Shown here in pieces: positions 15,183 through 24,900 of a stretch of DNA of 32,000 nt (position 1 is its first letter; every line of letters begins with the position of its first letter). Origin of the DNA: Geotalea uraniireducens Rf4. GTDB lineage: Bacteria > Desulfobacterota > Desulfuromonadia > Geobacterales > Geobacteraceae. The stretch is from positions 3,600,001-3,632,000 of the forward strand of contig NC_009483.1 of the NCBI RefSeq assembly GCF_000016745.1, given 5' to 3'. The notes beneath the pieces are model-generated. The model saw nothing but the letters and a program-made list of their open reading frames with translations. It was not told the DNA's origin and ran no database searches. The position numbers and the translations under genes were made by a program.

Positions 15183-18100
15183 TCAGGGCATTACCATCCA
15201 GTGACTCTCTTGGGCAAAGGGATATGACGGCAAGCTTATTCTCCGTGGCTTTTTGCCTTCGTACAGCTTGTTCCAGTCTATGACAGAGCCCTTAACCCAG
15301 AGGGCTGCCAGCTTTTCATAATTCCTACTACTCATCCACTTATGGACTGCTTCCTGCTCTTTTCCGTCGGCCGGCGTTGCTGATGGCATCTTGCTATGCT
15401 TTTTGGCTTGCCCAAAGAATATCCGGGCATTGTTATTTTCTCTGTTTAAATAGCAGGTGAGTTTCTCGATCGCCTCTTTATTCGTTTTTGCTGTGAATCC
15501 TAGCCTGCTTTTCATGGCCTCACGTCCTACCTGCAACGTATAGGCAACCTGCATTAGCCTTTCATCTCCAAACGTCTCTCCTTCGAGCCACTCTATCAAA
15601 TCCTTCACACGCTCGTTCAGCCTTTCCGCATTCTGCGCCGATACCACAAATATCGCCGGCGTACCCTCGCTCACATTGCACGAGTCGTCATCTTTGCCGA
15701 CAAACTCTGCTACAACAACATGCGCGTTCGACCCACCAGCTCCAAACGATGAAACTCCCGCGATTCTCGGAGCATCGCTTTTCCACTCAGTCAATTCCCT
15801 TTGCACGACAAAAGGGGTGTTCTCGAAATCAATATGAGGGTTCAAATTTTCCGCGAAGAGGCTTGGAACGATTTTGCCGTGTTTCATTTGCAATAATACT
15901 TTGGTCAAGGCTGCGATTCCGATCGCGCATTCGCAATGACCAATGTTTGAGTTTACGGATCCTATCGCACAAAATTGTTTGTCATCTGTGTGATGTTGAA
16001 ACGCTTTGGTCAATCCTGATATTTCAACCGGGTCGCCAAGAGGTGTCCCTGTCCCGTTGGCCTCGATATAGCTAATGGATCTTGCATTTACACCCGACCG
16101 TTCTATTGCCTCCCGAATGACTTGACCCTGGGACACGGGATTCGGCGCCATGAACGCATTCGTCCTGCCACCGTTATTGATCATACTGCCCTTGATAATT
16201 CCATATATGTTGTCGCCGTCATTGATAGCCTGAGCTAAAGGTTTAAGCAGAACCGCTCCGACCCCTTCACCTGTAACAAACCCATCTGCTTCTGCTCCAA
16301 AGGCACTGCAGCGATCTGTAGCTGAAAGGACACCCAGGGCTGAGAGTATCGTATAGTGATTGGGCGACAAAATCAGATTGACACCGCCTGCGATAGCGCG
16401 ATCGCAGGCACCGCTATGGAGGCTGTCGAGCGCCAAATGGACCGCTGTCAGTGAGGAGGAACTGGCGCTATTGACAACCATACTCGGACCTTGGAAATTA
16501 TAGGTGTACGAAACTCTATTTGCGATTACAAAGGGATGACTGCCCTTGAAATAGTCTGCGTTCATTACACCAACAAAGACCCCGATTTTTCGACTATCAC
16601 AGATGGTGTCCGGCGTGTAACCCGCATTTTCAATACAGCTATAGGTTTCCTGTAAAAACAGCCTCTCCTGAGGATCCATGATCTGTGCTTCACGGGGTGA
16701 TATATTGAAAAATTGATGATCGAATTTGTCTATATCTTCTAAAAATCCACCCCACTTGCTGTACATCTTTCCTGCTTTCCCTTTCTCCTTGTCAAAATAT
16801 TCCCTCCAATTCCAACGCTCCTGCGGTATCTCGGTTATGTTGGATTTACCTTCTTTCAGATTATTCCAGAATTCGTTTATATGGCTGGCACCAGGGTACC
16901 GAACGGATACCCCGATAATCGCTATATCAGCTGGTCCTTTTTTCTTCTCAATGTTTCCATTCAAGACTGGATCTAGGTTTTTCAACTGCACAGAAGATCC
17001 TACTTTCTGCAGTGTTGCGTTTAGTATCTTGGCTATCATCTCACCTGTTTCAGTCACTACTATCGCATCGAACGATATGTAATCCGATTTTTCAACGCGG
17101 ATTTTTTTAATGACATACGCTATCTCTGTAGTCGGTCTGTAGACCGTAATGCTGTCGATCGATAAGGGCACTTTAATTTCAGGATCAACGGTAACCGGAT
17201 CGGCCATGAGATAGCAACTATTTAACAAGAGGGGATCGAATACGAGGTTCTCACTGTTTCCCCTCTTCTGACTACCTGCCATAGTAATCTTTGCAACCAA
17301 TGTGACCTTGTCATACGCATACAAAGCTTCTATTGTCTTCAGCGTTTTTTCAATTTTTATGTCATGAATCATCTTGTATATTTTTTCGATGGTTCCTGGC
17401 GCAAACATTTTAGATTGGCTAACAATGGATTGAATCTCCAATCTCTCAGGGATGCTGTCAACCGTTCCAATAAAATCTCCCGCACAGTTCCTTTCTTTAT
17501 TACTTGTACCGAAAAGAGTTTCAAAACCGTTTACCCCTTTGGACTTCACTTCAACTTCAACGGTTTCATTTTTATTCAATCCTACAGGTCCGCCGTAAAA
17601 ACGGATATTTCTGAGGCCCAGCGGGTATCCTTCAGGATTGTTTTTCAAATAAGTTTCTATAGCAAGGCAGGGGTAAGTCACTCCCATGATCGCTGGGCGT
17701 GCATACACCTGGTGGTCCTGCAAAAAAGGTTCACTACCATAAAATTCATATTTATCCGAAGGAATTGTGAGCGTTCCGCTTTCAGTACTCCAGTTTTGAC
17801 TTTTCGTCCCACCTTCAGCCAGTTTTTTCTCCAGATAACCGGCCAAGGCAATGAAGTTACTATATTCAAACAACAGGCTGGGACTTAGCGACAGTTCAAA
17901 TTGTTCCTCTATATCTTTGACCAATTCCAAAAGCTGAGAAGATTCCATGCCCAATTCTAAGAAGCCCAGATTCTCAAGCTGATCCATGTTTGTATTTACA
18001 TATTTCGCGAAAATCTTCTTCAGCGGTTCCTCTACAGAGGGAAGGCTGGCATGCCTTACGTTTCCTCCGTCTTCATGGACTGGGGAACTGATGTTGTCAT

Positions 18101-18971
18101 CCCTTTCCGCCTGTTCCGCCTTTACCCGTTCAGGGTCTATTTGGCTCGGGTCTTTCACAAGTTTGATAGTCAGCCCGCTCAGTTTTGCGGTAAGATGGCC
18201 TCCCGTGTCAAAGAAGTCCATATCTACGGTAGTAATATCATTCACTGTGCGAATCGAGGATCTTTCGATTCTCACGTAACAACGGTCCAACAATGGTCCT
18301 TTACTGTAAAAAGTCTCATAAGATAAGGGGAGATATAGATCAGCTATACTGTCAGGCATCCCCTCTCTAATCAATATCATGGATGACATAGCCGCACCAT
18401 CCATTAAAGCGGGGTGAAACAGATAATTCTGTGCCGTATCTTGGTTCGCTAGATTTGCGTTTACATCTATTAAGCAGCCGCTATCAGTTATATAAACATT
18501 GCCTGTAGCCTTTATCATCCCCTGATGGACTAATCCGGCCTTGCGCGCTTCGGAATATGTTGTCTCCATGTCATAGGTTTTGGTAGAAAGCTGCTTCACA
18601 GCTTCTACGTCAATTACCTCTTCGAGGAAATCCACTTTCTTCTGCAATTCCGCCGTCACATATAGCATCCCTGCCTGCGATTCTTTGTGGATGTCGGTCT
18701 CCACACCTGCAACACTAATCTTCCAGTTTCTTTGCTTTCTTTCGAAAGTAATTTTCACGCGGACCGGTTTTTCTTTGCTCACCACCAGTGGTTTGTATAT
18801 GGCTAACCTTTTCAAGCAGTGATCATCACTACTTAGGTTTAACCCGTCTTTCGCCAATTGATACAACATATCAATGTATGCCAACCCTGGTAATACAGAG
18901 TGACCATATACCTGGTGGCTCTTCACTATCGGGTTATCTAAGGTCAACTGGAAGTTAAATATTTTTTTCAT
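15183..18971 (-). CDS. trans-AT polyketide synthase, DH-ACP-DH*-KS(Ser/Asn variant)-flanking subdomain
   Basis: The start ATG at 18969-18971 (MKKIFNFQLTL...) is preceded by GGGGAGAG and overlaps the upstream PKS gene by 17 nt. There is no AT domain. Domain motifs are listed under the sub-features. The stop is at 15183-15185. Confidence 0.9.
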   Translation of the reverse strand: MKKIFNFQLTLDNPIVKSHQVYGHSVLPGLAYIDMLYQLAKDGLNLSSDDHCLKRLAIYKPLVVSKEKPVRVKITFERKQRNWKISVAGVETDIHKESQAGMLYVTAELQKKVDFLEEVIDVEAVKQLSTKTYDMETTYSEARKAGLVHQGMIKATGNVYITDSGCLIDVNANLANQDTAQNYLFHPALMDGAAMSSMILIREGMPDSIADLYLPLSYETFYSKGPLLDRCYVRIERSSIRTVNDITTVDMDFFDTGGHLTAKLSGLTIKLVKDPSQIDPERVKAEQAERDDNISSPVHEDGGNVRHASLPSVEEPLKKIFAKYVNTNMDQLENLGFLELGMESSQLLELVKDIEEQFELSLSPSLLFEYSNFIALAGYLEKKLAEGGTKSQNWSTESGTLTIPSDKYEFYGSEPFLQDHQVYARPAIMGVTYPCLAIETYLKNNPEGYPLGLRNIRFYGGPVGLNKNETVEVEVKSKGVNGFETLFGTSNKERNCAGDFIGTVDSIPERLEIQSIVSQSKMFAPGTIEKIYKMIHDIKIEKTLKTIEALYAYDKVTLVAKITMAGSQKRGNSENLVFDPLLLNSCYLMADPVTVDPEIKVPLSIDSITVYRPTTEIAYVIKKIRVEKSDYISFDAIVVTETGEMIAKILNATLQKVGSSVQLKNLDPVLNGNIEKKKGPADIAIIGVSVRYPGASHINEFWNNLKEGKSNITEIPQERWNWREYFDKEKGKAGKMYSKWGGFLEDIDKFDHQFFNISPREAQIMDPQERLFLQETYSCIENAGYTPDTICDSRKIGVFVGVMNADYFKGSHPFVIANRVSYTYNFQGPSMVVNSASSSSLTAVHLALDSLHSGACDRAIAGGVNLILSPNHYTILSALGVLSATDRCSAFGAEADGFVTGEGVGAVLLKPLAQAINDGDNIYGIIKGSMINNGGRTNAFMAPNPVSQGQVIREAIERSGVNARSISYIEANGTGTPLGDPVEISGLTKAFQHHTDDKQFCAIGSVNSNIGHCECAIGIAALTKVLLQMKHGKIVPSLFAENLNPHIDFENTPFVVQRELTEWKSDAPRIAGVSSFGAGGSNAHVVVAEFVGKDDDSCNVSEGTPAIFVVSAQNAERLNERVKDLIEWLEGETFGDERLMQVAYTLQVGREAMKSRLGFTAKTNKEAIEKLTCYLNRENNNARIFFGQAKKHSKMPSATPADGKEQEAVHKWMSSRNYEKLAALWVKGSVIDWNKLYEGKKPRRISLPSYPFAQESHWMVMP
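15702..16931 (-). other. PKS domain: degenerate ketosynthase (Cys replaced by Ser and first His by Asn), followed by a flanking subdomain at 15186-15701
   Basis: ADIAIIGVSVRYP. SMVVNSASSSSLTA aligns with SMAVDTMCSSSLTA, giving Ser codon AGT at 16461-16463 in place of Cys. YIEANGTGT has Asn codon 16056-16058. NSNIGHCECA is retained. The flank ends SLPSYPFAQESHWMVMP-stop. Confidence 0.85.
16977..17765 (-). other. PKS domain: DH-like variant DH* (candidate enoyl-isomerase or pyran-synthase type)
   Basis: HQVYARPAIM keeps the His (codon 17712-17714), but Gly is replaced by Ala and Pro by Met relative to HxxxGxxxxP. The second motif reads FDPLLLNSCYL, with Asn (codon 17220-17222) where DH-a and DH1/2 have the catalytic Asp. 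Confidence 0.65.
17817..18041 (-). other. PKS domain: ACP4
   Basis: LGFLELGMESSQLLELV. Ser codon at 17940-17942 (GMES instead of the usual GxDS). Confidence 0.75.
18147..18971 (-). other. PKS domain: dehydratase DH-a at the N-terminus of the second PKS protein (approximate)
   Basis: HQVYGHSVLP matches HxxxGxxxxP (His codon 18915-18917). FHPALMDGAAM has the Asp present, with the usual Q/H position occupied by Met. Confidence 0.75.
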
Positions 18972-21900
18972 CAAACTCTCCCCAGACGTTTTTAACCGAA
19001 GACTGCACAGCTTCAAGATTTATCATCTGATTATCGATCGACTTAAACCTGTCAATGAAATCGTCTATACTGTCTTCGTTAGTCGACTTCACCAGTGAGT
19101 CTTGCTGAAACGTGACAGTTCGTGATGATGCAAAGCTACGTTTATTCATTGCCGGAGCTGCCAGAGAGAACAGCCGCTGGGTATAGTTCACTTCCGGAAC
19201 AAATTCTTCCATGATCACATGGCAGTTTGTACCTCCATCGGGGAATGAATTCTGAGCAGCAATGCGCTTACGCCCCGACTCTATTAGCCAGTCGGAACAT
19301 TCCCGATTGAAAGCTATACGGGACGCGGTGAAATCGTAATGCTCAAACGGCTCCAGCGCCGATAAAAACGGCGGTATCTTCTTCTCTTCAAGGCTGAGCA
19401 TGCACCGTATGAATCCGGCCAACCCTGAAGTCAGCAGAAGGTGTCCTATATTGGGCTTTATAGATCCCACTACGCATGACTTCATTTTTTTGTCATCCAA
19501 CCGGTATATTTCCGACAGCGCTCTGATTTCTATTGAATCTACCACAGGTGAGCCGCCGCCATTGACCTCGATATAACCTATGTCTTCCGGCGTCTTCCCG
19601 CTAAGCTCCAGGGCCTCTTTCATTACCTGCTTTTGAGTCTCCATGTTAGGCGAACCAGGACCCAATGTCCTTCCATCGTTGTTCACCGCTATCGCCTTGA
19701 TGACTCCATAAATCTTATTCCCGTCCCTTACTGCATCGCTTAACCTCTTCAATACGACTACGCCTGCTCCTTCTCCCAGTACTTCTCCACCTGCTTGCTT
19801 CTCAAATATTTTGAAATCTCCGTTTTTGCTCAGTATTTTTCTGGCCTCAAACAGTCGATGGGTAAATGGATTCAATATCAGGTTTACCGCACCCGCCATT
19901 GCCATATCTATCCGTCCGTTTTTCAAGGTATCCGATGCCATCGATATTGCCGTTAATCCTGACGAACACGCGGTGTCTACCACCAGGCTCGGACCGGTTA
20001 TATTTAGAAACCGAGAAATGTTGGTCGCTAGATAGTTCTGTCCCAGCCCCAATATCGGATTAGTGGCCTCCAGAACCTTTTCGATGTCCTGAGTTATCTG
20101 GGCACGCCCTCCTAGGTAAACTCCGACCCTTTGCCCGGAGACGTCCTTACTTTCATATCCAGCGTCATAAATCGCCTTCAGACCCTCTTCCAGTACCACC
20201 CTGGCTTGCGGATCCATGATCATCGCATCGTTTTCCTTCAGCTTAAAGAACTCCGGATCAAACATATCGATGTCATCGATCCAACCGCCATAATCCCTCC
20301 TGCCATTGCTTTCCCACCGGTTTTCCGGCACCTCACGGATCGCCTTCTCCCCCTTTGCCAGCAATTCCCAATAGGCCTCTTTGGTTGGTGAATCAGGGAA
20401 CCGGCAGGATATCCCGACGACCGCAATATCTTCCGGCGCCGTGACTATTTCATTGCGAGCAATTGGCTCATTTCCGCCAAGCCCCTCAAACGCCGGCTCT
20501 TTCATCTGAGCAGTGCTGTCTTCGCTAAGTGCAGCTTCCGCGGGAGTGCTCGCTGCGAGGTCAGCCTGGAACTGATCTGCGTGATGAGCACTGAAGTAAT
20601 CCGTCAAGGCTGCCAGGGTGGTATGCTCGAAAAGCAAGGCAGGATCCAATTTGCCCTGCACTCCTTTTTCGAGTGTCTGCACCAATTGGGCGAACATGAT
20701 CGAATCGATACCGTAGTCGTCAAAGGACGTGTCTTCATCCAGTTGATCTGCCGTCAGCTTCAATTCCGTCATGAATGTGTTTCGCAGCCACTGACGGACG
20801 GACTCCTTTACACCTGCTGTCAACCGGTGCGCTGGAGGCAATTGGGGCGCAGCAGAAACAGCGCGCGCGGGTTGCAGGTCAACCTTCAGCGTCGTTTTCA
20901 ACAACTGATCATGTCTGAATTCGTGAGGAATGACGACACAGGGCAAGGACACCCTGTAGGAACCATTTTTAATAACATCCAAGAGCATTAAGCCGTTTGC
21001 GGTTGAAACAAGGGCAAGGCCTGTCTTCTTATACGCCGGGGTTTGCTGTCCGTTTGCCGCCATGCCTGTTTCGCCCCAGGCAGGCCACTGAATCGACTTC
21101 ACATAGGCATGGCCGTGGCTGGCTTGATACTCGGCGAAATAGTCCATATAGGCATTGGCCATGGCATAGTCGCTTTGACTTGTGGATAAGGTAGGGGCGA
21201 CGCTTGATATGGACGAAAACAATATGAAAAACGCCAACGGCTCGGTTTCTACTACCTTGTGCAGGGTGGCAAGGCCGGTCATCTTGGGCTCGCACACCGA
21301 CTCGATCTCCGAGTAGGTTTTGTTGAAAAACACAGGTTTTTTGCCGGTGACACCCGCGCAGTGGAATATACCGGTGAGGGGGCCGGCATGCCGATGGATG
21401 TCGTCCACCATATCCCGTAACCCGTCCTGGTCCGTGAGTGGCGTGGTGTAATAGCGGACTCGCACTCCCTGCTCGACGAAGGATTGCATGCGCCGGAGTT
21501 TTTCAGACATTTCCGGCATGTCGTTCCGTTCAAGCACCGTTTTCCACTCGGATTGTTCCGGCAATGCTTCCCGGCCCAGAATGGCGAGGTTCCGGCAGCC
21601 CTGCGAAACGAGATGCTCAGCAATCGACGCACCTATCCCGCGCGATCCGCCGGTGATGAGAATGACGTCCACGGACCGATAGCGCTCCGTTTCTGGATAG
21701 TTCTTCTCAATGTCTACATCGGTCTGACCTATCCTTAATTGGGGTTCGTACCGCCTGTCGTTTCGATAACAACTCTCGGAAACATGCTCCTGGCAGGTAT
21801 TGGCAAATTCGTTTTTGATCTGCGCCGCCAGTTTCTCCTTCATTGCCAGCGGGCAATCACTATCCATCGTGAGAGAAAGGATTTGCTTGTACTCTGAGCC

Positions 21901-24900
21901 TAACATGCGGTACAGCCCGGCCAGACGAGCGCCTTGCAGGGTCGTCGTTGCTAGGTGAAAAGCGTGCAATGCATGTGTGACCTGTAAGAGCGTAAATCTT
22001 TCGCTCCGATCATACTCGATCAGCTTTTGCAGAAATGCTATTTTCCCGGACTCGACCGCAACAGATCGTTCATACTCGCTGTCATATGCGGTAAGGTCGA
22101 TTACGCCGAGCAGCTTCCGGTTAAGTCTCCGCTCCCTGATCTGGTGATACAGATCCTCCCCTGCCGAAGCCGAATAAAAATCAGTGGGTATCGCGTCGCT
22201 CGACGACAATGCGTCGTGAACAACATGGATTGCCCGAATGTCGGTTCTCTGGCTGAAGAGCTCGGCTGCAAGCTCCGCTGTTGCCGCGGTTCCCAAGACG
22301 ATTATCAGGCCGGAGGGAATATCCGACGCTGCGCCCGCATTCTTTTGCTGCCAGTCTTTAATCAGGATTACTCTTTCCCTTTGGCTGTCGGAGACCACAG
22401 CAGGGGCGACCCCTGCCACGGATGACTGGGCCATTTCCGGCACCCAATACCGTTCGCCGGCAAAAGGATAGGTGGGAAGGCCGATCCTGCGAGGCTTGGC
22501 AGCACCGTACAACCTGTTCCAGTCAAAATGCATCCCCTTGACCCAAAGCTCCAGAAGTCGTGCGTATTTTCCTTTGCTGACCCAGGCGTCGATCGTTTTT
22601 GCCATGTCCTCATCGACGGCGTAAAGCCATGCACTATCGTTGTCACGTTTAACGTTGCCCTTATAGAGGTCTTCGATGTCATTCGTGCCGTCCAGGAAGC
22701 CACTCAGTTTCTCTTCCAGCTCCTTGATCGACGCGACCACCAATGCCAACCGTGCATCCATGGCTTCTCGGCCGACCTGCAGCGTGTACGCCGCATCTGC
22801 CAGATCGGCATCGCTGAATTGCCGTTCCTGGATCGCCCCCAGCAATCGCCGCGCCTGCTCCTCAAGCCGCTTTTCATTCTTCGCCGACAATACGACGATC
22901 GCCGGATGCTGTGCGCTGACCCGGACCGGGATCCGCTCCCCTCCCTCAGGGATGTATTCTTCGATTACCACGTGAGCGTTGGAGCCCCCGGCCCCAAAGG
23001 ATGAAATACCGGCGATCCGCGGATATTCCCTGGTCTGGCCGTTAATCTCGACGACCGGACGCTTCCATTCGGCAAGTTGCTGTTGAACCACGAAAGGCGT
23101 GGTACTGAAATCTATGTTCGGGTTCAGCACTTCGGAATGTAGCGACGGAGCTAACTGGCGGTGCTTGAGCTGAAGCAGCACCTTCGTCACCCCAGCGATG
23201 CCCGCCGCGCTCTCGCAGTGCCCGATGTTGGACTTTGCCGAGCCGATGGAGCAGAACTGTTTTTCCTTGGTGTGTTCCTGGAAGGTCTTGGCCAAGCCCG
23301 CGATCTCTATCGGGTCTCCCAATGAGGTCCCCGTGCCGTGGGCTTCTATGTAGCTGATGGTCCGGGGATGTACCCCGGATTGCTGCAACGCCCGCCCGAT
23401 GACGCTTGCTTGCGCATTCGGGTTAGGGACCGTGTAACCGTTGGTCTTTCCGCCGTGATTAATCGTGGACGCCTTGATGACCCCGTAAATCTGATCTCCG
23501 TCGGCAACGGCTTTCGCCAGAGGTTTGAGCAGCACCGCTCCCACGCCTTCTCCTGGGACATAACCATCTCCGCCCTCGCCAAAACTCTCGCACCGCCCTT
23601 TGCTCGATACAAACTTGCCTTGGCCGAGAAACATGTACTTATTGGGATGGACCGAGACGTTCACCCCACCGGCGATCGCCACCTCGCAGCCGCCCCGTTG
23701 CAGGCTTTGACAAGCCAGATGGATGGCGGTCAGCGATGAAGAACACATGGTGTCCACTGCCATGCTGGGTCCATGGAAATTACAAAAATACGATACGCGG
23801 TTGGCTATCGACGAGGGGGAACCGGAAAGGGCGAGCGGCCTGCCCAAGGCTGTTTCCTGGGCCCCGTAGAGTTGGTACTCCTCGTACATTACGCCGACAT
23901 AGACGCCCACGTTACCGTCGAGGCCAGTCCCCAGAACTTCTCGCGTGTATCCTGCATTCTCCAGGGTTTCATACACGCACTGTAAGAATAGTCGCTCCTG
24001 CGGATCCAATATCTCGGCTTCACGCGGCGTGATATTGAAGAAAAGCGTGTCAAAGCGATCCACTCCATCCAGGAACCCTCCCCACTTGCTGTAGGTCTTT
24101 CCCTTCTTGTTCTTATCGGCGTCGAAGTACAGACTATGGTCCCAGCGCTCTTTGGGAATCTCGGTGATGCAATCCTTGCCGTCCCGGAGATTCTTCCAGA
24201 ACTCCCCGATATTTTCCGCGCCCGGATAGCGCCCGGAAACACCGATGATGGCAATATCTGACTCCTCGTTGGCTTTTTCCTCCTGCGATTCAGCGCGGCA
24301 GGCGAACCGCGCCTGCCTGCGGTTAAGGGCGGCCGTCTGCACGGATTTGGGCGCGGCAACGGAATTTTGGGAGGAATCGGCAGCAGTTGTGGGTTTCTGC
24401 TCTATTTCCAGCAATCCCATCAATTGATCACGGTGCGATTCAAGAAAGTACCCGGACAATGCCTGGATGGTCTGGTACTCGAAAAAGAGGGTTTTGGGCA
24501 ATGAACCGAATGCTTTTTCCAGCTGATTGGTCAATTGCATTACCATGATCGAGTCAATTCCGTACTTTTCCATCGGAGCATTGGCGTCGATCTTACTGGC
24601 AGGGTACTTGATGACGGAAGAGATCAGCTTCTTGAGATAGTCGGTGGCCTTTTCCTGAAGCAGATCCTGTGCAACTGCCGGAACTGTTTTTCCCTCCTCT
24701 GCGGCACAGCTTAACGTCGAGGTCTCGGTAGCGTCCTGTCGGTCCAAAAGCACGGCACGGAGTCGCTCGACATCCCCTTCCAGCGGCATGACCTGATCCC
24801 TGCCGCAGGCCAGGCACTGATACAAGGCCCTGATACCCGTCTGCGTCTGCAAGGAGATCATCCCCGTGCGTTGCAGCGACATGCTCTCGGTTTTCGCATC

